This document shows positions 1 to 12,700 of a DNA stretch of 64,000 nucleotides, piece by piece. A program made the position numbers and the translations under genes. Under the pieces are notes generated by a model that saw only the letters and a list, made by a program, of their open reading frames with translations, made no database searches and was not told the origin of the DNA. The stretch is from positions 51,336,001 to 51,400,000 of the forward strand of contig OZ024748.1 in the NCBI GenBank assembly GCA_964016885.1, in the 5' to 3' direction. Position 1 is the stretch's first letter, and the number at the start of each line of letters is the position of its first letter. This DNA comes from Eledone cirrhosa (taxonomy: Eukaryota).

Positions 1-26
1 AGCTGGTTTGAATGCTAAAGGGTTAA
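1..26. mobile_element. Right end of TTAA-flanked piggyBac-like MITE (cut by window edge)
   Basis: ...GGTTTGAATGCTAAAGGG-TTAA matches the terminus of the full copies at 36465-36668, 53244-53473 and 54316-54706. Confidence 0.6.
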
Positions 27-1037
27 ATATACTCCTCAGAAAAGGGTGTAAAATCTGTCCCTCCATTCCATTTTCACTTGTTTTTGTTTCTTAATCTCTT
101 TTTATTTTTTGTTTATTTTTCTTCCTTTGCTTCTCTTTCTTTCTCATTTCCTTATTGGCATTTATAATGTACAGTTTTTCTGCCATTTTTTCTTTGGTTT
201 ATAAACTTATTGCATCTTAAATTGAAATCAACATTTCAACTTGGGTTTGAACTTATATTTCTGCTACACTACAGTGTTTAAACATAGAATTCTACGAGAA
301 TTAAACAAAAAACATAAATATTAGTAAATAAATATACAGTTAAACCCCACCCCAAAAATAATTAAGCAGCAAAAAACATCAAGAATATCAAAGCATAATT
401 TTATACTTTAATTCTCATTCTTATCTCCCAAGTCACTTACAAACATATACATACATATATATATATACACACACATACACATATACACATACACACACAC
501 CCATATATATATAATACACACATACATGTGTATATAATACACACATACACTCACATATACATATGCATGCTAATATTTTTTTGTTCTTATTTCTTTTGTA
601 ATTTCACGAGGTGGAACATTCCAGATGGCCAACGATGACGGAGGTGGTTTTTTTTTCTTTATTTTATTTTGGTAAGGTATTTAAGAGGTGGCTACCATGT
701 CAGTTGTCTTAAGTTACATTCATCTAAATTATGATAAATTGCCAATAGCAAGCTAATTGCTTTCCAATAGTGCTGCACCAATAGACAATCTGCACATTTA
801 TGGGGAAATAATTACAACACATTATCCTCTTCTTGAAACTAAGATTTGACACAAAACTGTCAAATATGTTATTTTATTATTCTAAAAATTGCAGTCAACT
901 GCGTCAAAATACATTCTACCATAGCCATTTCTCGCTCATGCATGAAATTAGCTTAAAATAAAAATTACAAAAAAAAAACAAAAAAAACACACATACACAC
1001 ACACCCACCCTCAGACACACATAACAAAATGATGATG

Positions 1038-1079
<42 letters not shown>

Positions 1080-1479
1080 GTTGTAGTTGTAAAAATAATA
1101 ATTATAATAAAAATTAAGCATAATTTCAATTCTGATTTATAATAATATTGTTGTTTTCTTTGGTATTTCTTTTTGGTTTGTTTGTTTTTATTTGTTTTAA
1201 TTTTTTTCTCTACAAATGGTAAAAGAAAAAGGAAAAAAAGTGAAATAGAAAATATTATTGAAGCATGTACTTAGAGTGGTAATTAAATGCTGTGGCTGAT
1301 TGGTTAAGATGCAAGACTATTGACATGAAGGACAAAAGTTCAAATCCATCTACTAGCTTAGTGTTGTAACTTAAAATCAGCACTCCATACTCTCCTGTTA
1401 ATATCTCTATTACACTCACACTCACATATTTATTTATGTGTGTGTTTGTATATATATATATTTGTCTCTTCTCGCTTAC

Positions 1480-1563
1480 GCCACTGGGCAGCATTTGGGT
1501 TATACCAGATGTCGTGACCCTGGGTGGATCAGCAGTACCGATGACCCTGACGTTATGTGTCAT
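1480..1563 (-). CDS. Candidate coding exon of an unidentified host gene (MTHNVRVIGTADPPRVTTSGITQMLPSG)
   Basis: Non-repetitive, GC-balanced 84-nt island. On the minus strand it starts at ATG, has an in-frame upstream TAA, and ends GGC|GTAAGC (consensus phase-0 donor). An alternative plus-strand exon 1492-1565 (cag|...IWVIPDVVTLGGSAVPMTLTLCVI...|gtttgt) is also possible. Protein not recognised. Confidence 0.4.
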
Positions 1564-2293
1564 TCGTTTGTATGCTTATGTTTTAAAAATAATTTTTTAA
1601 GGTTTCCCCTTGTTTCCATTGCCTTGTTTCCATTTGTTAATTTTTAAAGTTTATATATATATACATATATATATATATGTACTCACACACATTATATATA
1701 TATACATACATTTGTGTGTGTATGGGGAGGGGGGGGGTGATTGAAGTAATGTGCTTTGACTTTCTAACTCTTTGTGGAGTTATGAAGCTTTATCAGTATA
1801 TTCCATCTTTCAACTCTGCCCAACTGACACCTCTTGAATCCATTCACATAGGATCAGGATCTATCTAGAGTCTTCCATTTGATATGGAAATTCATGTGAC
1901 TGTCATTAAGGGTCCAGATCATGTCGATTGTAAGTATGTGCTTGATCATATTTCTGGATATTTGATGGTTTATTGTGGCATAGGAAGCAATTTTTAAATT
2001 GACCGTCCAAAACTCCACATAGTTCCTGAAGGTTATTATTTTCTTTAATCCGACAGAATGAATATTTTTATAATTGTTACATTTGATGTATTTAAATTTT
2101 GTAAAATATTACCAGTTTCGAATGGCATTTCAATCTTAATGTTTGTTCTCATATTCTGTGAGCAGTTAGAGCATACATTATACTTGTCCACAATATATAT
2201 ATATAAATAATGTAAACAGTGTATAAGGAAAAACTAGGCAACATTTATTGAAGAAACATTTATATATACAGTAGAGTCTCTAAGATGTGTTTC

Positions 2294-2355
2294 AATACAG
2301 TTGCATATCTGCCTACGGAACCTGAATACAGTTGCATATCTGCCTACGGAACCTG
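2294..2355 (+). repeat. Perfect 31-bp tandem duplication
   Basis: AATACAGTTGCATATCTGCCTACGGAACCTG x2. Confidence 0.9.
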
Positions 2356-2807
2356 AATTATTACATAATCTTGCACAACATTATTAAATATATGTAATAT
2401 ATAACCAATCTCCCTATATATATTTTATTCTATCATATGCTTTGGAATTCTTATACATTTGAAAGAAAAGAACTCAACCAATCACGCATACAGACATAGG
2501 GTGATGATTTGGGGCCTGCCTCAGTGAAATAGATAACCAGAAAAAATCTTTGTACCTCAAATGGCTTCATAGTTAATGTAAGAAATATCAATATACCACA
2601 ACTCTTCCCAGCTTTGGATATTCTTTACCAAATTGCAAACACACCCACACTCTCCCTTCGCTTTATATATATGTGAGAGAGAGAGAGAGAGAGAGAGAGC
2701 CATGTCCTAGCTCCTTGTATTGATTAATGGATAAGTTTTATGACCACTACAACTGTGGCTATCTATTTTTATAAGGAGAGAAACTAGTAATTATTTATAC
2801 TGGTTAG

Positions 2808-2975
2808 ATAATTGTTTCTACTTTTGGAACAAGAACAGCAATTATCCCAGTGCATTACTGGTACTTTATTTCATCGACCCTGTAAGAAAGAAAGGCCAAG
2901 TTAACCTCGGCGGAATTTGAACTCTAAGCTGCAAAGCTTGGTGTCCGACTCTCTACCGATAGTGCCAATCCACCG
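2808..2975 (-). mobile_element. SINE family A (tRNA-derived, Meta-like central domain), diverged copy
   Basis: Reverse complement of the consensus GGCGGTGGATTGGCAGTATCGGTAGAG...GAGTTCAAATCCCGCCGAGG...GCCTTTCATCCTTACGGGGTCGATAAAATAAAGTACC...GTAGAAACAATTATT seen in many copies in the window. Confidence 0.85.
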
Positions 2976-3189
2976 TTAGATAATGTAAATAAATTATTCT
3001 CAATCAGGCATTGAGAACACATTTAAAATTTGTTTATATTACTCTTTTATCTATTAAAATCTTAAAATAATTTAACAGAAAATATCCCCAAATGTATACA
3101 CTGTCTTTACTGATGGACAAGATCATCATGAAAATCTGTTGTTAACTAAAGTAAAGAATTAATTTTTGATATGATGTACTTCTGTGAAT

Positions 3190-3278
3190 GTGTGTGGCTT
3201 AGTGGTTAGAGAATTGGATTCAGAATTGTGGACCAGATCATGGGTTGTCATTGAGCAAAACACTTTATTTCATGCTGC
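3190..3278 (+). mobile_element. SINE family B 5' fragment (old)
   Basis: TGGCTTAGTGGTTAGAG A-box head and TGTCATTGAGCAAAACACTTTATTTCA CORE-like segment. Confidence 0.55.
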
Positions 3279-3637
3279 TCTTTCTTCAAGAATTTGCAAC
3301 TGATAGATAGTATCAACAATGGTGGAAGGAACAATGGAAACATTATCTCCTTGGTCCAGTTTGATGAGTTCCACCACACACTGTAAGCAAATGAGGTATG
3401 GGATCTTGTCGATTGATTCCTCTCACTCTCATAGTGCTGTTTGATATTTCTCAAGAATGTCTTGCTAATAAGGTTTCATGTGATTCAGAAGATTAAGAGT
3501 TAATAGAAAATATTGAAAATATGGTCTTGGATTTCTTATGGAAGACCATCAGTCACAAATAAGAGAAGGTTTTCTCCATGATACTGATGTTGCCCAAGAG
3601 AAAGTGCAAAGCTGATACAGCTTGGAACCAGTATCAT

Positions 3638-3782
3638 CACTGTTTATTCTTTTCAACTAAGTGAACTGGAGCAACATGAAAAGTAAGATCACTTTCTGAA
3701 GGACACAAGATACCATTTGGACCAGGAATCAAACTCAACCATGAACAGCCCACCAACCTAACCACTGAGTCACATGACTTCT
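3638..3782 (-). mobile_element. SINE family B 5' half (old)
   Basis: AAGTGAACTGGAGCAACATGAAAAGTAAG...GGAATCAAACTC...CTAACCACTGAGTCACAT aligns with the reverse of the family B head and core. Confidence 0.55.
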
Positions 3783-4380
3783 TCCACACCCACACACACA
3801 TATATATATATACATATGTGTGTATATATATATATATATGCACACATATATATATGCACACATATATATATATATATATGCACATATATATATATATATA
3901 TACCAGTACACTTACTTATTCTTAGTGATGTTATTTATAGCTATAATATACTTATATTTATTGGTTTCAAGGAGAATATTAATGTCAAGTTCAACATTAT
4001 TATCATCATCATAATCATCATTAATATAATCACTATAAATACTATCATTACAATCACCATTATCATTGGTATTATTATCATCAACATTATTATTATTATT
4101 ATCATCATCATTATTATTATGATCATCTATATTATTGCTATCATGATTACGATTAATTCTCGTACATAAATTTCTTGTATAGTGTATTATCTTATTTATT
4201 ATCAGTTCTTTAATCTCAGGAGTCAGGTTTTAGTAGATTATGATATATAAAAACTTTAATAAATACATAAATATATGATACTTTATGACTATCTTAGTCA
4301 ATGGTTAGTCTCTACTACTTCATGTGATACACGCTACTCTCCATACTTGTTCTTTTGCCACAGTTTTTCATTATTTTTCT

Positions 4381-4460
<80 letters not shown>

Positions 4461-4828
4461 TTATATATGTCTGTGTTTCAATGCATGTGTTTATGTTTAT
4501 ATATGTCTGTATGCTTTCATATATTTATATATATACACACACACATATTATACATAAACACACACTTATATATATATATATATATTATGTATATATATAA
4601 ATATTATGTATATGTATATATATAAATATTATGTATATAAATATTATGTATATATATATTATGTATATATATATATATATTATGTATATATATATATATT
4701 ATGTATATATATATATATTATGTATATGTATATATAATGTATATATATATAAATATTATGTATATATATAAATATTATGTATATATATAAATATTATGTA
4801 TATATATATATATCATGTATATATATAC

Positions 4829-4870
<42 letters not shown>

Positions 4871-4898
4871 ATATAAATATATATATGCATATATATAT

Positions 4899-4934
<36 letters not shown>

Positions 4935-5164
4935 CATAATATTTTTCTACATATGTGTGTGTGTGTATTTCTGTATTTTAAAATATATCTTTCAACGTCA
5001 GCTGTCACAATCAAATTTTTTTTTAAAATTAACTTTGGAAAACAACAACAACACAAAAATAACACAATGGTAAGAATACAGCATCAACATCAACATCATA
5101 AAGAAAAAAAAACACTTTAATTGGCTGAAAGACAATATCATAAATACTACTACCACTAATAACA

Positions 5165-5356
5165 ATAATAATTGTTTCTACTTTAGGCACAAGGCCAGCA
5201 ATTACCCAGTGCATTACTGGTACTTTATTTTATCGACCCTGTAAGGATGAAAGGCAAAGTCAACCTCGGCGGGATTTGAACTCAGATCGTAAAGGGACGT
5301 AACTATGCTAGAAAGCATGGCGTCCGACCCTCTACCGATACTGCCAATCTACCGCC
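5165..5356 (-). mobile_element. SINE family A, full length
   Basis: Near-identical to the copies at 11602 and 54344; tRNA-like A/B boxes; (ATT) tail. Confidence 0.92.
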
Positions 5357-5444
5357 TTATAATAATATTAATAATGATGATGTGGGTGTTTCGTAATAAT
5401 AATAATAATAATAATAATAAAGATAAACAACAATGAATGATAAT

Positions 5445-5639
5445 GATAATTGTTTCTACTTTTGGCACAAGGCCAGCAATTATCCCAGTGCATTACTGGT
5501 ACTTTATTTTATCGACCCCCCGTAAGGATGAAAGGCAAAGTTAACCTCGGCGGGATTTGAACTCAGACCATAAAGGGCCGTAACTCTATGCTGCAAAAGA
5601 TGGCGTCTGACCCTCTACCGATACTGCCAATCCACCGCC
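5445..5639 (-). mobile_element. SINE family A, full length
   Basis: Matches the family A consensus end to end. Confidence 0.9.
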
Positions 5640-5974
5640 TTTAGTGATAATGATAATGTATAAGTATTAGAAACAATAATATCAGCAACAAGTAGTAAAA
5701 TAATATTCATGCTGATGATAATGTCGTCGACGTCGTCGAGGAGGAGGAGGGGGAGGAAGAGGGGGAGGAGAAAGAGCTGAGTAGATTAATATATATATAT
5801 ATATAACAATATGAAAATGAAGCAAAGATATTATTGAAAAGTGTCATTGTCCTAACTGAAGTGTTTATTGTATAACTAGCAGACAGAACCAATTTCTCTT
5901 GTCTTTCTTAATAAATGACCCCAGTTTTGAAACAACAAAAATGTTTCTTTTTTCACGACAACAACATATATTTT

Positions 5975-6601
5975 AATAATTGCTACATTAGAATGTTGGA
6001 TAGATTTTAATGTTGGATAGATTTTAATGTTGGATAGATTTTAATGTTGGATAGATTTTAATGTTGGATAGATTTTAATGTTGGATAGATTTTAATAATT
6101 GCTACATTAGAATGTTGGATAGATTTTAATGTTGGATAGATTTTAATGTTGGATAGATTTTAATAATTGCTACATTAGAATGTTGGATAGATTTTAATGT
6201 TGGATAGATTTTAATGTTGGATAGATTTTAATGTTGCATAGATTTTAATGTTGGATAGATTTTAATGTTGGATAGATTTTAATGTTGGATAGATTTTAAT
6301 AATTGCTACATTAGAATGTTGGATAGATTTTAATGTTGGATAGATTTTAATGTTGGATAGATTTTAATAATTGCTACATTAGAATGTTGGATAGATTTTA
6401 ATGTTGGATAGATTTTAATGTTGGATAGATTTTAATGTTGGATAGATTTTAATAATTGCTACATTAGAATGTTGGATAGATTTTAATGTTGGATAGATTT
6501 TAATGTTGGATAGATTTTAATAATTGCTACATTAGAATGTTGGATAGATTTTAATGTTGGATAGATTTTAATAATTGCTACATTAGAATGTTGGATAGAT
6601 T
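5975..6601 (+). repeat. Minisatellite of two 17-bp monomers (A=AATGTTGGATAGATTTT, B=AATAATTGCTACATTAG)
   Basis: Order read from the sequence: B A6 B A3 B A7 B A3 B A4 B A3 B A2 B A(partial); almost no substitutions. Confidence 0.95.
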
Positions 6602-6656
6602 GCTTTGTAGTATTCGTTTTTACTCCCTGCTCTGGTTCACTTTGCCTTTCTCCCTT

Positions 6657-6930
6657 TTAAAAAATACCAACAATTTTATTCTTAGTTAGTAGATCTTTTA
6701 CAATATATTTGTATCTTGGTACTTTTTTAATGATTAGCTCCAAGATGTCCTCTTTCTTAGACTGGTGGTTTTTACATTGGAACAAATAGTGCCAAAGAGT
6801 TTCTGGGAAGTCACTACAAGAATACAGAAGTGATTCTCTACAACCACCTCGTATGTTGTAATTTATGTTTTTATATTTTAAATCTCTTCTGATATTTCTT
6901 TGCACATTTATTTACATAACTTGCCCTTGT
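6657..6930 (-). mobile_element. 3' fragment of a non-LTR retrotransposon ORF2 (C-terminal zinc-binding motif)
   Basis: Translation ...YSCSDFPETLWHYLFQC... fits the C-x-ET-x2-H-x4-C motif at LINE ORF2 C-termini; clade not determined. Confidence 0.55.
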
Positions 6931-6945
6931 AACAAGTATTAATTA

Positions 6946-7328
6946 TTAGAGCATCTGACAAATGCCTTGTGGTAGTTGTTTTGGCTCTTTACCTTCTGAG
7001 TTCAAATCCCATCAAAGTAAATTTTGATTTTCATCCTTCTTAAGTCAATAAAATAAAGTACCATCAAATTCTGAGTTCAAATCTCACCGAGGGTAGCATT
7101 GTCTTTCATCCTTATGGGTTGATAAAATAAAGTTACTTGTGTCTTGGCAGTATCGGTAGAGGGTCGGACGCCATGCTTTCCAGCATAGTTACGTCCCTTT
7201 ATGATCTGAGTTCAAATCCCGCCGAGGTTGACTTTGCCTTTCATCCTTATGACGGGGTCAATAAAATAAAGTACCAGTAATGCACTGGGTGATTGCTGGC
7301 CTTGTGCCTAAAGTAGAAACAATTATTA
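6946..7328 (+). mobile_element. SINE family A full copy (7144-7328) preceded by two older head/core fragments
   Basis: Three CTGAGTTCAAAT...TTTCATCC...TAAAATAAAG segments; the last is a complete young copy. Confidence 0.85.
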
Positions 7329-7689
7329 TCATCATCAACATCTTTGAATAGCAGAATTGTTAGAACCCGAAACGAAAGGTCCCATTCCATTCAGTGAGTT
7401 TATAGAATTCTGCTGGATATTTCTTGACATTGCTCTTGGTATTTTGTAAACTCACTCTAATCACCCACCCCCCCCCACCCCCCACCCCCACCCCCCACCC
7501 CCCTCACCATCCCGACTCTGGGATAACTGCAGTTGATGAATTGGGGTTTATGTTGAACACCTCTAGGATATTCTGGTGAGAGTTCTTGGAAGGAATGATT
7601 AAGGACAAAATACAAATTATTAGAACTTACACATTTGAAAAATGTTAACTTGCACATTTGCTGTAAATTTGTTGATAATTTCAGTCTCA

Positions 7690-8147
7690 TCCTTTTAACT
7701 TCTGTATGTTATGATAGGGTCAGATAGATGTTTAAATTGTCACATATACATATAAACTGTTTTAAGCAAATAACTTGAACTTCTAAATGATTTCCTAAAT
7801 AATGGTAAAAGTATGTAGGTTAGTAATTACTATTTTATCAGGCTGATGATGGTGATGAACTATACATTGCCTTCTCGGTATCATATTTCTAAGAAAATAT
7901 ACAGCTAATGATTTTCAAATAGTTTTGAAAATAATCATCAAGTTGGAGAATTTTAGTAATATAACTAATTATCTCATTACTAAGCAGGCGTGTGGAACAT
8001 AACACAACTTATGATGGATGCATTATATAATATAACTTATAAAATTATGATGGAAGCATTATAGATAAATATAAGATACTTTAAAATATACAGTTTAGTA
8101 TTTCAGAACCTGGGATGGTTTAAGCCAGCTTGGTATCAAAAGGGTTA
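7690..8147. mobile_element. Degenerate TTAA-terminated DNA element (second piggyBac-like MITE family)
   Basis: Ends TGGTATCAAAAGGG-TTAA; similar termini at ~37765-37784 and (inverse) ~52778-52795. Left boundary uncertain. Confidence 0.4.
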
Positions 8148-8389
8148 AAGAAATGTTAGATGTAAATATCATATCTTCTTTTCCCAAACTTAGATGACAT
8201 AGAAATACATTACTCTTTTACCTGTTCCAGCGATCTGGCTGAGGCCATGCTGGGGTACCACCCCATTATCTAATATATTATTTCTTTTCATTTAATGACA
8301 GCATGCTGCAATTTTGAAAGAGATTTGGTTACTATTTCTAACAATTTTAGTAAATACATAAAGACTGCATCATTTTCTCATTAACTGAT

Positions 8390-8705
8390 AATGGTATGGC
8401 ATGGTCCCATAACTCCTGATGGAGTTGTGGTGGTGATGTATTGACATTAGGCTTTTCTTGGGCATTAAAGCCTGGCAGAACCCATTACTTTCCAGGCCTG
8501 AGTACAGCAGATTTCTTTCATAAGATGAGAGCAAGGAAGTGGGAAAGAGATATAAAGGAAGAATCAACACCAGTAGAGGACTGGTACATTTTTTATCGAC
8601 CTAGAAAGGATGAAAAGCAAAGTTGAGCTCAGTGGGATTTCAACTCAGCAGAAAGCAGAAACGAATACTGAGAAGCACTCTATCCAACATTCTAAGGGCT
8701 CTGCC
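8390..8705 (-). mobile_element. Old SINE A-related element with an alternative long 3' tail
   Basis: Family A-like head/core joined to a ~180-bp tail; homologous copies at 44050-44350 (-) and 48390-48718 (+). Confidence 0.65.
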
Positions 8706-9343
8706 TATAATATTGAACAAGACAAAAATGAGGAATTTTTATATTTAAACCTTCTTAAACATATTCCAAAAATTATACTGCCCTACCCCCATCCCTGGTT
8801 TATTATTGTCAGCATTTTATATTTTCCTTCCATGCTGGCATGGGTCATAATGATCCAAGACAACTTTGACTCACTAAAGCTCTGTTGTTGACATGTGCTA
8901 ATATTTCTCACTCATCCTGTGGAGTAAGCATATCTCATTTTTGTTTGTAGCCATTGTAAATCTTCTGCATTTATTGTCCAGGACTCAGAGTAATGTAGCA
9001 CACAGGTTTAAACACACGTATCATTCTAAATAAATCTGCCTCATCACAATGTTGTTTCATTTTGAACTCATGTTAGTGTAGGTTGAATGGATGTACAAAT
9101 ATATATTTTTACATGAAAAAAATATACAGTCAGCAAATTATAACCACGGGATATTATAACCACAGGATATTTCTCCTGAAAGCGAAACCCTAAAAATAGC
9201 AATGAATGCCAATCCTATTTTCAGTTAAGAAGAGAGAAGCCAGACAAATCATTATTGCTTATTGCCTAAGGGTTTGAACAGAACTGCGGGAAAATGATTG
9301 CTTTTAATTTTATTTCATGTTTATTCCCATTATACATACATAC

Positions 9344-9420
<77 letters not shown>

Positions 9421-10422
9421 TCCTATATTTCAGTAATTACAATATTGAGAAACATGACTGTCCCACAATGGAAAATTATTCAAATATATTTTTAAGTAAG
9501 TGCACGTGTATATATGTGTTTGAATATGTGTGTATATGTATACATTCATATATAAGCATACACATGTACTTTTTATATATATATATATATATACATAATA
9601 ACATATATGTATGTGTGTTTGTGTAAATATGTATATGTTATAAAAATATATGTATGTATATACACATCTTATCATCATCATCATCATATATATATATATC
9701 TATATATATATCTATGATTTATGAATTTATATATATATATATATATAAATTTACATATATTTGCATATATGTGTGTTGGTGTGTATGTATTACATATATG
9801 AGTGTATATATATATGTTACAAAAAATCATACACACATACATGTACATATATATGATATTCATATATATGTGTATATATATATGTGGGTGTGTATACATA
9901 TGTTCATATATTCATATAAATATACACATATAGATATGTGTCTCTGTATAAAATCTATGTACACCTATAGATATAGGAAGAGAGATAGACAAATAGATAG
10001 ACAGACCAAGTAAATACAGAGAATTGAAAAAAAATGAAAACAAAATCTTAAGATAACTGCAAATTGTTTTTAATGATATTCAAATGAAACTGCATAAACA
10101 AATATACTCATTTTTCATATATATTTTTTATCTCCACTATTTTTTTAATTTTATTTATTGTTTTCGCCATTCAGTTGTTTTGCCTCTAAATAAATCATAT
10201 TTTATTTTAGAAATTGGAAAATATATACATAAATAAATAGTAGATAAATAAAGATTAAATAATAATATTTTTTTAAAATAAATTATCAAAATAAAAGACA
10301 ATTTAGACACTCCAAGACTTTGGAATATGTAGATAAAAGCAATTGTTAAAACCATTTCGTTAACATGTGGATTGCTTCTTATTTAGTCTCTTATTAACCA
10401 TTATTATTATGAAATTTACGTT

Positions 10423-10491
<69 letters not shown>

Positions 10492-10811
10492 GGGGGGGGG
10501 ATATATACATATATATATACATATATATACATACACACAGAGAGAAATTTACACATATATTCATATATATATAGGTTACTATGACTATAGATAATCCAGG
10601 TGCAAACCATACTCAGCCCTTGATGTGATCACCTGATTTGTGAGGTAGAATGGAAATTCTGCAAATCTGGCCAATCAATAATCCTTTGAATTAGAGCATG
10701 TAGTCGCACAGTATAATAAAATTAAGCAAAGAAATAGTTCAGTGTAATATCTGTCTATTACATTACAATTGTTTCATTAACAATCCTGCTCATTCATATT
10801 GTGTCACCCAA

Positions 10812-10989
10812 CTTTTTATATACAGATAATTGCATATCTAATTTTAGCTGGGCCCAAACGATAATGTCACATCTTCTGACTGATAAACAGATAGATTCTT
10901 GATTTCATTCTGTTTACCAGTCTGGGGATGTGACATTATCTTTTGAGTCCAGCTAAAATTAGTCATGCAATTATCTGTGTATAAAAAAG
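10812..10989. repeat. Inverted repeat (~78-bp arms, ~18-nt loop); MITE-like foldback
   Basis: CAGATAATTGCATATCTAATTTTAGCTGG...GATAATGTCACATC pairs with GATGTGACATTATC...CCAGCTAAAATTAGTCATGCAATTATCTG. Confidence 0.85.
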
Positions 10990-11601
10990 AAAGAAAGGCT
11001 CTGTTGTGGTTTACATTACCAACTCAATTTCTTCTATTATTCCCAACCAAAAATTCAATTTTCTCCCATTCTCACATCAAAGACATCAAATAGAATGATC
11101 TTGCCTTTCAAAGCATTGGAAAGAAAGGAATCCAACTGTGCTGGCAGTTGCATGCTGGGCTTTGACAAGGTGAAGGTGTATGGCGATCATCAATCATTAA
11201 TTGATAAAATAAAGTACCAGTCAAGCACTGGGTTCAATATAATTGAATCACTCCACCATAAAAAAAAATTACTGGCCTTGTGCCTGAATTAGAAATTATT
11301 ATTAATATAAAGTTCCACTTGAAGAGAAAGATGAGGTTAAAGAGAGAGATGCTACTTTCTAGTGTGTTAAGAAAAATGTGAGGGGGGCAGCAAAGTTGAC
11401 ATGGTTGAATGGGCCTACTCAGATTATGCTTTTCTAAGCAAGATGAAAGAAACTGGGTGGGGGTGCACTTCTAATGCCAGTGAGGCCACAGAGTAATAAG
11501 GGATTTCTAAAGGGGTCTCCCTGAAATCTACCTAATGTGCATTCTCTCTTTCTATTGGAAACTAGTCCTAGTAGACATTCATTATTGTGTTCTATTGTCG
11601 A

Positions 11602-11792
11602 GGGCGGTGGATTGGCAGTATCGGTAGAGGGTCGGACGCCATGCTTTCCAGCATAGTTACGTCCCTTTATGATCTGAGTTCAAATCCCGCCGAGGTTGAC
11701 TTTGCCTTTCATCCTTACGGGGTCGATAAAATAAAGTACCATTAATGCACTGGGTAATTGCTGGCCTTGTGCCTAAAGTAGAAACAATTATT
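11602..11792 (+). mobile_element. SINE family A, young full copy with 19-bp TSD
   Basis: TSD ATTATTGTGTTCTATTGTC at 11581-11599 and 11787-11805; followed by an older family A core fragment (11806-11897). Confidence 0.95.
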
Positions 11793-11898
11793 GTGTTCTA
11801 TTGTCCTGAGTTCAAATCCCGCCGAGGTTAGCTTTGCTTTTCATCCATATGAGGTTGATAAAATAAACTACCAATAATGCATTGGGGTTGATTTGATC

Positions 11899-12700
11899 GG
11901 AAGAACTTTCGGGCTGGGGCCTATGGACAATTTCCAGAAATACCTGGCCTGGCAGTGCTACCGAGGAGCTTTGACAGTTCGGGATAAACTCTACAGGTAT
12001 GGAAGTGCCATCAGACGGGCATGTCCGAGATGCGCGCAGGGCGACAAAACTGTCCTGCATGCACTCGTCCAGTGTTCAAGCATTGCTGACTTGTGGGTTT
12101 ATGTTGAACACCTGCTGTCGCGTGTAGAATGGACCCGACTATCAGCTGAGTCCATTGTGAGGATTGCCCCACCCTCTTCCTTTAGCCGCGAAGGGCAGGC
12201 AGTTTTTATCTGTCTCGTGGCCATGGCAAAAGAGTTAGTATGGTGGACGCGTCTGAAAGGGCTGAAGACGAGCACTTACCTCTTCGGTGATGCCCTGATT
12301 AACTTTTTCAAATTTCATTTGAAAAGGAAAATCAGGGTAGAGAGGGAAGTGCTCTCTTCCCAGCATTTTGTTGAAAGATGGGTGAGAGAGGCAAGCATGG
12401 CCCGAGTGAATGGACCTACTCTGAGTATATGCCTGTAAATTGAAGGTGGAAAACTGGGAGAGGGCACTTGCCCTGGTGGTCAGGGTCACCGTGGCTTTTT
12501 TTAATGGGCTTTCTCCACGATGGCCCTCGGAAGTCTCCCCCCTATTGGGGAATTTTTCATCGTTCTTTTTTTGTTACATCCTCTATTTTTTGGTTTTTTT
12601 ACACGCAGAAATGCCCATTTGTACCATGCTGTAATGCCCTGTACTGTCCTTAATGTCTACTTTATGTAAACCCTTTTGGTTAATAAAGAAAGCATTATTA
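11899..12700 (+). mobile_element. Tx1/L1-like LINE 3' fragment (ORF2 zf-RVT region to stop at 12438, plus 3' UTR)
   Basis: Translation ...LAWQCYRGALTVRDKL...CPRCAQGDKTVLHALVQC...LW... is the zinc-binding region typical of L1/Tx1 ORF2; the UTR ends AATAAAGAAAGC(ATT)n. Confidence 0.8.

Noticed and set aside
3296-3600. Possible decayed RT fragment on the minus strand (QGDNVS-like), and possible endonuclease remnant at ~1760-2010
   Set aside because: Only isolated motif resemblance with stops and frameshifts; needs BLASTx.
7462-7505. C-rich tract with minus-strand G-quadruplex potential
   Set aside because: Simple low-complexity run with no functional context.
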